Positions 49,525-63,122 are shown, numbered from the whole stretch's first letter. The stretch is 63,122 nt of DNA, filler included, from Kipferlia bialata (GCA_003568945.1; 5 parts of 5 records of this genome joined end to end with filler, not necessarily neighbours in it); one strand, 5' to 3'. Translations and numbers: made by a program. Notes: a model not told the origin generated them from the sequence alone.

Positions 49525-52500
49525 CTATGGGACATACTCCCTCTCCACACAGTAGTGCGTGGCCTTGGCTACTGCCTCGTGGAACACATAGGACAGCTTC
49601 CTAAGGGGTCAGGGACAGTAGGTATACAATAGCTAATATGTGTATATGTGATGATGTACCTAAACACCCCGTCTGACCCGACAATCTCATTGGCCACTCT
49701 TCTGGCCACAGTCTCAGGCACTGCCACCTCCCTGCCCTCCCCCTCCCCCTCTCCCTCTCCCTCTCCCTCTCCCTCCTCCATGACCTCTGCCTCGAAGGGG
49801 AAGTAGCACACAGGGGGAGAGAGAGGTACACCACCACTAGGGGAGGTATCTAATGGCATAGCTGCGACTGCATCTCCTACCCTAAGTGGAGTAGTGGATA
49901 CAGATGCAGGGTGTGAGATGTCATCGATGTCGACAACAGCCTCAGGCTCAGAGGGGGGCTTGAGGAATCTCATGAATATGGTAGGGAGACCCTCAGTGGT
50001 CTCAGTAGGGTCTATCCTGCTAGTAAGGACACTATTTAGACAACGCATACTATACAGTCATATAGGAGGTAGATACGTACTTGTGTGCCTTTGACCCGAG
50101 AATGGCTATGCCCTCCTTGGCCATCCACTCCCTGAGGACAGAGCTCTCGTTGACCAGGTAGCTCCTGAGGGGTAGGAACAAGTGACTAGATCACCATAGT
50201 ATACCTATCTTACATCCCAATATATACGTACCTCAGTATGATCAGGACGTAAAGGTAGAATGATATCTATATAGATATATGTAGATATGTAGATATATAT
50301 CGTCTACCTCATGCTACTATACATACCTGAGTATGATCAGGACGTCTGCCTTGATGTGCCTCACTCTGTGGTACACCCCATATCTCTTGGCACACTCCTT
50401 GCCACACCGGTACTGACACCCGGCCCTGCTCTTGTTGTACAGACCGGCTAGCTGGTCTGTTAGTATCAACTACAAACAAATATATATGTATACGAGGAGA
50501 AGAACTACTGCATTGCTCTTCTTGTAACAGACAACCGGCTAGCTGGGGGTGAGGTACTCTATTACTAGAAGAGACACGAAACGGGACTCTGGAAGAGGCA
50601 GGGATAGCAAACTCACACACCTTGTACACGTTGCCAATGTGGGACCTCACACGTCTAGGGATGAGGTCCTGGGGGTGAGAGGGGCTTGTTAAACATCCAC
50701 TAATTGGACTTATGGGGTACTACTCCCATATACAGTTATCCCGGGAGTCCATACCTGGTTGATGTCATGGTCATCCTCTGACAACCAGACAACAACAGCC
50801 ACTCATAATTATATCATATATACTAAAATATATACTATACTATAATGTATCCTATAATACCTGGTTGATGTCATGGTCATCCTCCTCGGATATCTCATCG
50901 TTGCCAAGCTCAGGCAGCACTGATGGGTCAGATGTAGCTATGTTTCAACCCAGCTCAACATATACAAATATATATCGGGATATAAATATATATACCAATA
51001 TATCGATAAATGTCTATATATACCTAGTTGAGATGGCGCCAGAGGTGCAGGCTCCAGCAGGGGCACTGCCTTGACAGGTGTGTCTGTGGCAGTCTGACCC
51101 TTTGGCCTAGTGGGGGATGCCATCCCACTGTACCCCTCTCCCTCTAATGCATCTTTATCTACCAATGCCTCCACCTTGACCTGGGGTGATGCCTGGGACC
51201 GCCTCACCAGGTGTCTCCTCTTAGATCTAGGGGAGGCCTCGTCCTTGACCTCCTCCACTTCCTCCTTCTCTGCCTCTCTCTCTTCCGCCCTATGCCTCTG
51301 TGTGGGTACAATGATGCCGGAGCTGCTGTCAGAGCTCTCCTCCTGCATCTTTCTCTCTCTCTCTCTCTCCTCTGCCTTCTGTCTCCTTATCCTAGCCAGG
51401 TGGGGACCAAGCAGGGCGCCAATCTGGGAGTGAGAATCCCAGAACAGCCAGGCATAATGGAAAGCATCTTGAATGTATGCACCAGCTACCAACCTCGTCC
51501 ACCTTGGCGTCACTGACGTCTGACTCCTCCCGGTCATCTTCCACATGCACACGGCACAGCCTGAGAGTAAGAAAATAGAACAATACTATAGCAGCCAAAT
51601 GCATGTGGAAGATCCTCGATAAGTATGACCATACTGTACCTGTTTGTCTCCCCCTGTGCTCCCTCTGAGTCATAGTAGAAGCCACCCAGGGTGACAGTCC
51701 TGGGGTGAAACTAAAACACTAGCGCAGGCGCAGCCGTGCGATGGTACAGTGCTTTCGAGTGTATATAGCTTTCTGGAGTGCCATTGAATCATACCTCGTA
51801 ATCTGACTCTTCATGTTGCAGAAAACATAAGAAGAAATGGTGAATGTATCTGGATATCTTACTACTGTGTAGTTGGAGCATACCTCGTAATCTGCCTCCT
51901 CATGTTACAGATCTCACAGGTACCACGTCTCTCTCTCTCCTTGTCAAATGCCTCAATCTTGAACTGGGAGAAACGATCACCTGTAAGTCAGAATACTGCA
52001 TGGACTATCTAACACAGAAGACACAACTCCACAACGGGAGAGTGACGAAGAGAGTAGAGACAGTAACCCGTACACGTTGTTGTGACATGCTTGCCCCAGT
52101 TGCCACTCCTGGCTGCGTCCATGGCCTGTTGTGCCCTGCCCTCGACAAGGGCCACAGAGCGCATGACCTGGGGGGGTGAGTATGGTATGGCATGTATCCA
52201 TGCATGTGTGATGTCTATTCCAACCTGAGTCTCCCCCTCCACTGCGTCTGAGAGTGCCCGTCTACATATGTCTTTCTCTCTATATATATACTTCTCTACC
52301 TGAGTCTCCCCTTCGACTGCGTCTGAGAGTGCCCTTCTATCTAACATCAGGGCAAGGCACAGGTACCACAGCCAGTGGCAGTAGTGGTCACTCTCAGTCA
52401 CCCTGATGGGTCAAAAACAGGGTATCTATGTAGACAGAGAGTATATTTATGGTATATCTATCCATACATTTATGAGAGAGGTGGTTGTCGAGAGAGACAA

Positions 52501-54609
52501 GGGCAGAGAGAGGGTGTAATTAATCAAATGAATATGATTGTAATACCCCCCACCTGGAGTCCGGGTCTGCCTTCCCCTTGTGCCACCCCACCTCTCCCTC
52601 CCCCTCTCCCTCTGCACCCTCCACCAATGCCTCCCCTGCCCTCAGACCCAGTCTCCTCCTTCGCTTGTCAATCATGATGTCCTACAAGTCAGATACTGAT
52701 ATATATGGTGTATATGGTTTAGAGACATGTCCTACGACGCTTGTCAATCTTGATGTCCTGAGGAAAGGGTGAATATGGTGTGGTGTATACCAATATGATA
52801 CCAACCCCCACCTGTGTCATCCTGTGGTACTGTACAATGTTGGTGGGTCCCTCATCCCTAGGGTATATATACACTACTCATCAATATACATAGTAGATGC
52901 CAATAGCATATATACAGCACTCCCTAACCTGTGTCATTCTGTGGTACTGTGCAATGTTGATGGGCCCCTCGTCACTGACACCCTCACTGCACTCAGACAT
53001 TGAGTGTATACTGACGTCATCTGGCACTATGAAGTCACAGTCCTCCTCGGCCTCTCTCTCCCTCCTCGTATGCTTCAGCCTGGGGCGGTACTTGTCCTGG
53101 TCACGCACCCTAGGAGTCAGGGATCAGATATATACTATATATATACAATACAAACCTCTTCTCCTCTGCCCTCCGTCTCCTGTCCTCAGCCTTTCGGGCA
53201 CTCTCACTGTTGCGCCTCTCCCTCATCAGCCTCTCCCTCTCCCTCCTCACCTTCTCCTCGGCACTCAGACCTGAAGTGTCAAATTCTAATAGTAATACAT
53301 GTATTACTCAGGAATACTTCTATATATAGAGAGAGGGAGAGAGAGAGATATACACCTTCTCCTCGGCACTCAGGCCTGGCAGGGTTAGAAAAGGAGATCA
53401 TAAATATACATGTGGGTGTGTGTGAATGAGAGTGTAAACATATACATATATATCGTACCCTTCCTCCTCTTTGACGCAAACCCCTCCATCCCGTCACTGG
53501 ATGATGTACCTTCTCCCTCATACTCACTCTCATCCTCTCTCTCTCTCCTTCTCTCCTTGCGGGGCCGCTTCTCAGCCTTCTTTGCAGCCTTGCGAAGGGA
53601 GGCAGCTGGGGTGAGAAATAATGGATATAGAAACACACAATAATGTATATATATACACCATAGTATGAATATATAACGATACAGGTATATCTATTCATGC
53701 GGAGGGACGCAGTTGGGGTTAGAGAAAATATAGAAGAAGAAGAGTACGGGGAGAGAAGAAGAACTAGTGGGTATGGGAGGGTGGGTGGGAGGTAGCTGGG
53801 GGAGGTTAGAAAGAGAGAAGGGAGAGGGTAGAGGGAAACCATAGGGTGGGTAGAGGAGAGTGACACAGGGAGACAAACCTTTGTGACGAGACCTAATGGA
53901 ATATACACAAATCACACTACGGAGAGGATAAGAAGTATCTGATAGCCTATCAGTGATAGGTCTAAATGTACACGATACAGAGTCAATCCTCCAGTAGGAA
54001 CCAATGTACACAGAAGATACCTTAGATGTGTAATACCAGAGCAATAGGGATATCTACACTAGAGTAGTGGTACTAAGCTGCCGTACCTCCCCCCGCAAAG
54101 AGGTCTGAGCATCTCATGGCGAGGTCTGAGGACTCACTCTCTGACACTGCCTGCATCTCAATCTGGCTGGAGGGCTCAGGTTCTAGGTCACTGGCCTCAT
54201 ACACCGACACAGAGTCACTCACCACGTCTGCCTCAACATCCCTCCCCCTCCCCCTCCCCCTCTTCGTGGGTCTGGCTGGGGTGGCCTTGATAGGACTTCC
54301 CCTCCTCTGCAGCACCCTCCTGCCAACACTTCTCTCCTCTACCTCCTCTCTCTCCTCTAACACCTCCTCTACCTCTTCTGGTATGTACTCATCACTATCT
54401 GGGCCATCATCCTCCTCCTCAGATGCCTCACTGTGTCTCCTCTCTCTCTCTCTCCCTGTCTCTCTCCTTGTCTCTGGTAGGGGGTCGGCCAGCAGAGGCC
54501 TGCCCTTGGTCACACCCTTTCCATCCACACCATGCACCGCAGATGCCCTGGTCGACTCAACAGAGGCAGGGTTGCGCCTCCGCAGCACCCTTCTGGCCAT
54601 ATGTACCAA
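49525..54609 (-). CDS. CCDC82/DUF4211-like protein (charged low-complexity N-terminus plus Cys/His domain), multi-exon
   Basis: Acidic/basic N-terminal exons with DFIVPDD; HWLWYLCLALMLD; GTCEICNMRRQITRTVTLGGFYYD; YRCGKECAKRYGVYHRVRHIK; terminal KLSYVFHEAVAKATHYCVEREYVP*. This matches the CxxC..LxGxxY..GxxCxxRxxxYHxxxHxK pattern recalled for DUF4211. Confidence 0.62.
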
Positions 54610-54882
54610 TCAGTGAGCACTAGTCTATACTGGACCTAGTCTGTGGATATAGAGCCACAGCCACTTCAATAGTCGTCCCCGTAGTATCTATGACACTCTG
54701 GTGGACTTGCCACAGCTGACTATTAGACACTTAAGTCACCAGGGTAGACAGAGTGCGCCAGAAAGAAGAGAAGTGCGGCATGTGTCTCTCTTTGTTCCGA
54801 TCGGATCTGCCGATTGTTGGCACTTCCCCCCCTCTCTCTCTCTCTCTTCTTAGAGCCCAGGTTAGGTGTAGGGTTGTGTGCA

Positions 54883-55975
54883 ATGTCGGGCACACCTCTC
54901 CGGTCGCAGCCGACGTCGGCGCGGCTGAGTGACTCCGGGGGAGGGCGTAATGAGGGCATGGACGGGGAGCCGCTCGGTACACTAAGTGATGGTAGACGGT
55001 CACCACCAGCGGAGGACCAGAGGTTCACATACAGAGCACCGGTCAGGGGGGAGCGGTTCGTGGGTAACTTTGCACTCAAGGACAAGGTTACCTTCCTGGA
55101 GCAGTACCTGTCACCCAATGATAGACAGGTAGGACAGTGGTTGTTCTGTTCTGTCTCTCCCCACCCTATAGTCGTCCCTATGCACTGGGACACATGATTC
55201 TTTCTCCTCTCTCTCTCTCTCTATCCCCCAGCCCCCCCCCCCCCTCTTCTCTCCTTCTGTGCATATCCCACTCTCCCCTCTATATTCAATTTCTTACCCC
55301 CAGGTCATCTCAGTATATATGAATCTCTCTCCCCCCATGTCTTACCCCCAGGTCATCTCAGTATATATATATCTCTCTCCCCCCCCATGTCTTACCCCCA
55401 GGTCATCTCTCAATCTCTCATTCAACCCATTTACACTCTCCCCTCTATCTCTCTGTCCATGTATTCCCACCCCCAGATCTCTCTCTCTCTCTCTCTCTCT
55501 GTTTCTCCCTCCATGTCTTACCCCCAGGCCATCTCGATCTCCCTTGACAGCCTGGATGGGGACTTCTCTGCAGGAAGGCCTAGGTAGTTGCAACTGTTTC
55601 TATATGTGTTCAGACCAGAGCAATTCAATGGGAATATAGTATTGAGTGTACCAGACAACTGACCCTATACCTATATGTCTATATCGTATGTACTTTAGTA
55701 TTCTATAGCTTTGGTATAATCGTCTCATCTGACAGACCTGCCCCCATGACAGCCTAGTGTATATGTAGAGCGTGTATATATATGACTATATATATGTGGA
55801 GTATATATATATATATGACTAACCTCTAGACCTGCCCCCATGACAGCCAGGCCCAGGACAGAGCCCTCCTCACCCATGGCCAGACCCATGACTGCAGGTA
55901 CAGGGGAAGAGAGTATTGTATATATACGTATTGTATATGTGACCTCACTGTGTCTCATGGCCTGACCCATGACTG

Positions 55976-56016
<41 letters not shown>

Positions 56017-56685
56017 CCCCCCTCAAAACCCATTCCCCAAGGATATACTATTTACATACTCCCACCATACTAACACGACGGAGACATTTATAAATGTATA
56101 TCATATTTCTTTCTCTTATAGGTATATATGCAAAGCATACTAACACCAGGCAGGGTTGGCAGGACCAGGTTATATGCAGTATTTACCCATTATACTCCCA
56201 CTACATATATGTCTATATTTGTATATGTTGTATATACCCTCACACCAGGCCGTGTTGGCAGGGCCATCAGGCAGAGTGCCAGTTCAGTAGACAGGTCCAG
56301 ACTGACTAAGCACGTGCCCCCTCCCACCTTTCTCAAGACAATGAGGTGTGACTATATTGTATATATATATATTCTGTTAGATGAATATTTTCTATCTGCT
56401 TTCTCAAGACAATGAGGTTTGGTACAGTGTTCTATATTTATATAGATATACTTATATTTATTATTACAGTATTTCTTGTGATTCTTCAACATGTGTCCTT
56501 ATAGCAGGTCTTCCCGTGGTCCCATATCCCTATCCTCGCTCCGTTCCTACGCGATTCTGGAGAGAGAGAGAGACAGGCAGATTGAGGAGGAGAAAGAGGC
56601 TAAGGAGAGGGAGAGACAGGAGAGAGTTGCAAAGGAGCAGAAGAAGAGGGGGGACAAACCACTACGTACGGCACATACTAACTAC

Positions 56686-56737
<52 letters not shown>

Positions 56738-57650
56738 TTCAGCGAGGCCCCCCCGCTCTGCCCCCCCAGGTACCAGGAGAGGTGCCAGTATGAGTAGGGA
56801 TAGAGTGGGTAGTGTGGACAGGACAAGGAGGGCATCGACAGCCAGGGGGCGGGGGAGGGAGAGGGGGTCTTCTGGTGCTCCACCTGGTAGTCCCAGGAGT
56901 GTATCCTCCTCCTCCTCTTCTAGGAGATATAACGGCACCATCCCCAGGGTGTCGATAGTCAACAAGGGAGAGAGAGAGGAGTGGGATGTTGGGCAGGAGA
57001 GTGCCAGACAGGCGCAGAACAGAGTCAATAGGATACGGTCCCCCTCACCCCTGCCACCCGACATGGGAGTCCTAGCTAGGAGGCTCACCAAAGTGTTCCA
57101 GGTGCGCCATATATATATATATTAATGTATATTTATATATATATTTATATATATTGATTTATATATATGCGTCACCTGACATGGGGGTGCTGGCCAGGAG
57201 ACTGACCAAAGTGTTCCAGGTACGCCATATATATCGTAGATACTATAGTATGATACATACACATGTATAAATATATATGCTTCACCTGACATGGGGGTGC
57301 TAGCTAGGAGGCTGACCAAAGTGTTCCAGGCATGTCATATTAATATATTATATACTAGTATAACACATACACATGTATATATATATATGCACCACCTGTT
57401 ATGTGGAGGTGTTGGCCAGGAGACTGACCAAAGTGTTCCAGGTACCCTACACATATTGTAATATGACACATTTCTATTAGCCTATGTATACATCACCAGC
57501 AGTCTATCTATATAGGGTCTACCAAAGCGTTCCAGGTACGCCATACATATGTTGTATATAGTATAGTATGACCCACATAGTTTTATATGTATATATGTAT
57601 CAGCATCCCTACTAACCTCTAGGAGAAGCTGCATGACCAGGCCACCTACA
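54883..57650 (+). CDS. Arg/Ser/Pro-rich multi-exon hypothetical protein (3' incomplete)
   Basis: MSGTPLRSQPTSARLSD..FLEQYLSPNDRQ and further exons through PPDMGVLARRLTKVFQ / EKLHDQATYID. Confidence 0.6.
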
Positions 57651-57658
57651 TTGATTCC

Positions 57659-57715
<57 letters not shown>

Positions 57716-57815
57716 NNNNNNNNNNNNNNNNNNNNNNNNNNNNNNNNNNNNNNNNNNNNTTAATTAATTAANNNNNNNNNNNNNNNNNNNNNNNNNNNNN
57801 NNNNNNNNNNNNNNN
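57716..57815. other. Artificial contig linker
   Basis: N-run, TTAATTAATTAA, N-run; 100 nt. Confidence 0.97.
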
Positions 57816-58006
57816 GGTTTTTTTTTTGGACCAAAAACCCCCCCCCCCCCCCCCCCCCTCCCCCACCTCCTCACTGCCTTCACACTCTTCCTTATCAATG
57901 CGTCTCTCCTCTCCCCATTACCTCTCTCTCTCTGCACTTTGTCACCTATTGGGAGTCGGGATCTGTCACATCCGCTCCTTATAGATCCTCTGTCTGTCTG
58001 TCTGTC

Positions 58007-58040
<34 letters not shown>

Positions 58041-58069
58041 CACCTATACACATATTGTCTTACGTCTAG

Positions 58070-59008
58070 GTCAGAGTGCAGGGTGTTGTTACCGATGTAC
58101 CATCCCCCCTTATGATGCTGTCCATTGGCCAGAGTGAGGGTAACCCAGTCCCCATCAGATACACCACGGACAAGGCCTTGAATGGAGACCAGTTCGAGGT
58201 ATGGGTATATATATATATATATATAGACTGTCCCTGCCAGCACTGTTTCTCTGAGATGGTCTCTCTCTCTCCATCTTCTATTGTATGCCCTGTAACCCTC
58301 AGAGTGTCACCCCCATTGAAAGACACTCCATACTCTCTCTCTCTCTCTCTAATATCTCAGGGTGTGACCCCCATTGAGAGGTACTACTCTCTCTATATAT
58401 ATATATATGCATATATCTCCCTCTTCTGTTTTCCTGTATAATCTAATGTATCAGGGTGTGACCCCCATAGAGAGGTACTACACCCTGTCCAGGGCAGTGA
58501 TTGCACCACCTCAGAACCTGTCACCCGGTAAGTAGACGTGTGTATAGAGAGGTTGATACCGTACTTATATATACATTCCTATGTATTGGTATCCTCTTAC
58601 CCCAGGCTTTGAGCATGTGAGTGCCCTGGCCCCTCCCTCAGACTCACTCACTCTCCTGTTCCCTGGCAAGGTATATATATGTATATGTATATATTAGTGC
58701 TCTTCATAGCAGTACTAACCCCTAGCTCTCCCTCCCCCTGTGCCAGGTGGTCACAGCAGTGGGTCTCATCGACAGTGTGGTGCAGGTATGGTGGTATAGA
58801 GTGGTCTATCTATATAGACATTAAGATTGAGATTGCTTTGCATATATACATATATATATATACATTAATATCGTGGGTCTCATCGACAGTGTGGTGCAGG
58901 TATCTCAACAATACACTCTCTCTTAGCTGTATCCCCCTCACACACTCTCACCCCAGGAGTCTGACCCCTTTGCCGATGTCGAGATGGTGGATGGGGCCCA
59001 GGAGGTGG

Positions 59009-59056
<48 letters not shown>

Positions 59057-61128
59057 CATAGGAAGTGCTCCTTCCCGCCCTGCGTGTTCTCTCCTATGAG
59101 ACCTCGGACTACTACCCACACACACCCTCTGAGGGGGCACCTGCAAAGGCACCCATCGAGACACTCTCCTCACTGTTCTTAGGTAACTAGGCCTATAGGA
59201 TACATACACACACACATATATATATATATAGTATATATATATATATATACCATCTGAGGGGGCACCTGCCAAGGCATCTCTGCAGACACTGACATCCATG
59301 TTCACAGGTATCTCTAGGCATGTAATGAGTGTTCTTGTACATACATATTCACACCCAGTGGATGGGGATGCTCTGATATCAGCCTATATATACCCACACA
59401 CGTATATACATATAGTTATATGGATATAGATACTCACGTACTATACTGACCCCAGGTGCTGGCATATAACTATGATACTATGTATCTCTGTAACAATATT
59501 CCCATGCCTATATACTTTCCTCACCCCAGGTGCCGTGGACGGGGATGCCCTGGTATCCACCTGTATGCATACTCCTATATATATATATATATATGTGTGT
59601 AAGGCTTCATATCTATGTATATACTATCCTCACCCCAGGTGCCGTGGATGGGGATGCCCTGGTATCCACCTATATACATACCCATATGTACATGTGTGTG
59701 AATATGTATGCCTCTATGTATACTATCCTGACCCCAGGTGCCGTGGATGGGGATGCCCTGGTGGCCAGGGCCCTTGCCCTGTGGACTGTCATGGGGGTGG
59801 TGTCAAGGTGTGTATGTATAGTATATCTATATATATTACTCTTTAGTGATGTATAAATACACTGGGCCTGTGGACTGTTATCGGGTGGTGTCCTGGTATG
59901 TGTATATATAGAGTATATATATATTCATTGCTATACCAATGTCTTACCCTGTATATATATATATATATGCCCACCCTAACTCCTCAGAGTGGGCATCACC
60001 CCTGTTGGCCAGGTCCCAGTCAACCTGATACCAGACACAGAGGTGGCAGACGAGAGTCAGGTATAGATATATATATATAGAGATGTGTAAGACAGAGAGA
60101 AAGAGATATACCAGACACAGAGGTGGCAGACGAGACACAGGTAGGGAGAGTAATGTATATATCAATATATAGATGGTATATATGCATATGAGAGAGAGAG
60201 AAGGATAGAGAGAGAGAGAAATACCAGACACAGAGATGGCTGACGAGACACAGGTATATACATATAGATATGTGAATGTAGAGACATATATTCATGTATA
60301 AGAGGGAGAGAGAGAGAGAGAGGGACCTGACGCAGAGGTAGCAGACGAAACACAAGGGAGTGTGTATTCTTCATATACAGATGTTCAATCATATCTAGCT
60401 TTGTCTTTATCCTCACACCCAGAGTGTGTACCACCGCGTGTCCTCTGTCCTATCATCCCTCCTCCCTAGGGTCACAGGTACCACTACGCATATGCATATG
60501 CATATGTATTCTGTATGTATTCATATATTCATATGTATACGATATGTTGCACTGTATATGTATTCATACTGACCCAGGTCTCGCCCTGGCATCCCCCGAG
60601 TTCGGCAGCAGCCCTCTATACCCAGAGCAGGTATATATATATATGCCATATAGTATATATATTCTCATATGAATATATAGATATGGTATGTATGATACAG
60701 GTATTGCATAGGTATGATGTGTTACTCTCCTCTATACCCAGAGCAGGTATAGACAGTATATAGCATACCACTGTCTGTCTCTCTCTGTATCTCTCTCTCA
60801 CCTCTCGGATCCCAGCACTTCCCGTCTATGTTATACTGAAGAGGAGCATAATAATACACATCACTCCTATCTCTTTTTCTCTCTCCCTCTGTCTCTCTCA
60901 CTCCCAGGACCCCAGCACCGCCCGTCTCTCCCCCTCCCCCCTCCTAGCCCCATCTGGTACATGCGTCATAGTCAGTGAGAGTGGGCTGGAGGAAGGTGCC
61001 AGGCTAACACCTGGTACGTAGGTCGCTGCTCGTATAGTTATCTGTGTAGTAGACTATCAAATCTCCCTCACCCCCCAGTTGCCCAGGATAATGTGAGGTG
61101 CCTCAGCATACTCGCCAACCAGCAGGTA

Positions 61129-61174
<46 letters not shown>

Positions 61175-61403
61175 ATCGCTCTATATGTCGTTGTCTCACC
61201 CTTCAGCAGCTCCATGTTCGCTCTGGTGGTGCCTCCTACCCTGTGCCTGTGGACATCTCAACCATGTTTGTATCAGCAGCAGGGTCCAGGACAGTGTTTA
61301 GGTTAGATATACTCTCGCTCTGTATATATATGTGTGTATTCTGCTGTATACCTAAATACACCTTACCATCAGGGGCATGGCCGAGGTCGATGCCCTCCCC
61401 CTC

Positions 61404-61454
<51 letters not shown>

Positions 61455-62508
61455 GTGTCTATATACACTTACTTACACCAGAGGAATGGCCGAGGTCGAT
61501 GCCCTCCCCCTCTATGTCTCCCCTTCCACCTCTGAGACCCTAGCAGACAGGGATCAGGGGGCGGTGCCTATGTGCAGGGCAGCAGTAGGTGTGTAGTATA
61601 TTGCTGTAGTATTAGAGTATCAATCTCCGTGTCTAGTAACCCCAGGCGATGCCAAGGTCAGGTATAGACAGGGTGTGGAGGTTTCTGAGGATGCCCTGAA
61701 GATAGCAGGGGTGGATGTCACAGCCACACTCGACAGAGTGAGAGGTCTACTCACTAAGGTACTGTGTATATACATGTATATGCACATACATACATATGCA
61801 CACACGTATATATGTGTGCACTGTCTCATCCCCAGCATGCCATGGAGGGAGTCCAGCAGCAGCCACACATTCATACACTGCTATGAGTATTCATGTATAT
61901 ATGTATGTGTGTATATATGTATACATCATGTTGATCTCACCCCCAGCATGCCATGGAGGGAGTGCAGCAGCAGTACACACTCTTCGGACACATCATGTCA
62001 TTCGCTAGGTAAGAATTCGAAGTGTCCCCCGCCATGTATATAAACTGGTGTATTATGCCTATGGTCGAAGACACATTTCTTGTGCTTGAGGCCATATTCA
62101 ACTTTCTTTTCCTGACGATGCTACTGCTGTCTAGACCTTACTGCATATTTGTGTAAACACTCTATATTCCGGTGCTTACCCCCAGGGCCACTGCCGCTCT
62201 AGCTGGGGAGGACGCCCTGACCACAGAGGTACAGTATATGTGGATAGTTTGTAATATGTATGGAGTATATATAGATAGATAGGGCGTGTTGTACGGAGAC
62301 AGTATATGTGTGTCTTTGTATGTACTAATGGACGCCCTGACCACAGAGGTACCCCTTGTGTGTGTTATATGTGATCTCTCTAGATATAGGTTAATAACCT
62401 CCAGGCCTGGACCCAGTCTGAGTCCCTTGTCCTGTCTCTGTTCTCCAGGGCATGGGACAGGAGGGACCAGCTGCAGAGGGAGAGAGAGGAGATGGAGGGA
62501 CAGGACTA

Positions 62509-62545
<37 letters not shown>

Positions 62546-62576
62546 AGAGAGAGAGGAGATGGAGGGACAGGACTAG
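58070..62576 (+). CDS. Multi-exon hypothetical protein (5' incomplete)
   Basis: Series of about 20 short plus-strand exons with ..CCCCAG and GT borders, e.g. VRVQGVVTDVPSPLMMLSIG, GVTPIERYYTLSRAV, GAVDGDALVARALALWTV, ALKIAGVDVTATLDRVRGLLTK. Confidence 0.55.
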
Positions 62577-62581
62577 AGGGA

Positions 62582-62618
<37 letters not shown>

Positions 62619-63072
62619 TGGAGGGTCAGGACTAGAGGGAGAGGGGGTCTATGTCACGTAGAGTGTGAAGGAGTGTGTAAGTGATGTTTTATGTGTAGTG
62701 TTTCGTGTGCATTGCCAGCGTCTGTTGGAATAGACCTGGATTCTATTGTTTGGGGTTTGGGGTCCTTGTCGAATTCCTTTTGGGGTTAGAGGACGGCTTT
62801 CTATTCATATTCTCATTGTTGGTGCTGTGAGGACAGTGAGCCTTAGCTCAGATAGTGAGAAGAGTAGGAAGGCAGAGAGACAATACGCCATTGGCATCGT
62901 CTACACCCTTATGAAACGCAAAAAGACGACCACCACCGAGAGGTCTCTTCTCTTGTGCTCCCTGTTATCTGTGCTCTTCCGCAACGGAATCATAGAGAAT
63001 CATAGAGAATCATAGTGCGGGTGAGTGTATGACAGTACGAATACGGTGCTACGTACTCTCCTTTCCCCATAT

Positions 63073-63122
<50 letters not shown>

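Noticed and set aside
16185..57815. Four identical TTAATTAATTAA palindromes within N-runs
   Set aside because: Exactly 100-nt synthetic linkers with six-frame stops. They are not biological, and no gene-neighbourhood inference was made across them.
62700..63055. Higher-complexity tail region with an 89-aa ORF
   Set aside because: No ATG-led or splice-supported frame, and nothing recognisable as an RNA gene.
1..63122. Numerous short ORFs rich in LSLSLS, RERERE, YIYIYI, poly-P or poly-G
   Set aside because: They are translations of (GA)n and (TA)n microsatellites and G/C homopolymers in introns and at contig ends.

Overview
Intron-rich eukaryotic (protist-like) genomic DNA, not prokaryotic. 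The window is five separate contigs (1-16184, 16285-32452, 32553-48698, 48799-57715, 57816-63122) joined by artificial 100-nt N/TTAATTAATTAA/N linkers, so adjacency across linkers is not biological. Many introns end in a branch point fused to the acceptor (CT[A/C/G]ACCCC(C)AG) and are full of (GA)n and (TA)n tracts. This resembles a free-living metamonad such as Kipferlia; that taxon call is inference only. Main finding 1: contig 1 holds an apparently intact Helitron of about 12 kb. Its RepHel gene splices into one frame of about 2,520 aa (Ulp1/C48-like protease, HUH Rep, Pif1 helicase). It also carries a divergently transcribed gene of about 15 exons for an RPA70-like protein that the ORF track does not show, a duplicated left end, a repeated GATGAAAWWWTTT motif, and an unusual spacing of the Rep catalytic tyrosines. 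Main finding 2: host-gene introns contain tandem 'echoes' of the neighbouring exon ends, and in the cases aligned by hand these differ from the exon mostly or only at synonymous positions. Host genes recognised: TBC1D24-like RabGAP, cathepsin B-like protease, a convergent pair of SPRY-like paralogs, a Gly-rich protein with tandem PH domains, a transportin-like karyopherin, a CCDC82/DUF4211-like protein and several hypothetical multi-exon genes. All gene models were spliced by eye and family calls come from motif recall, not database searches.
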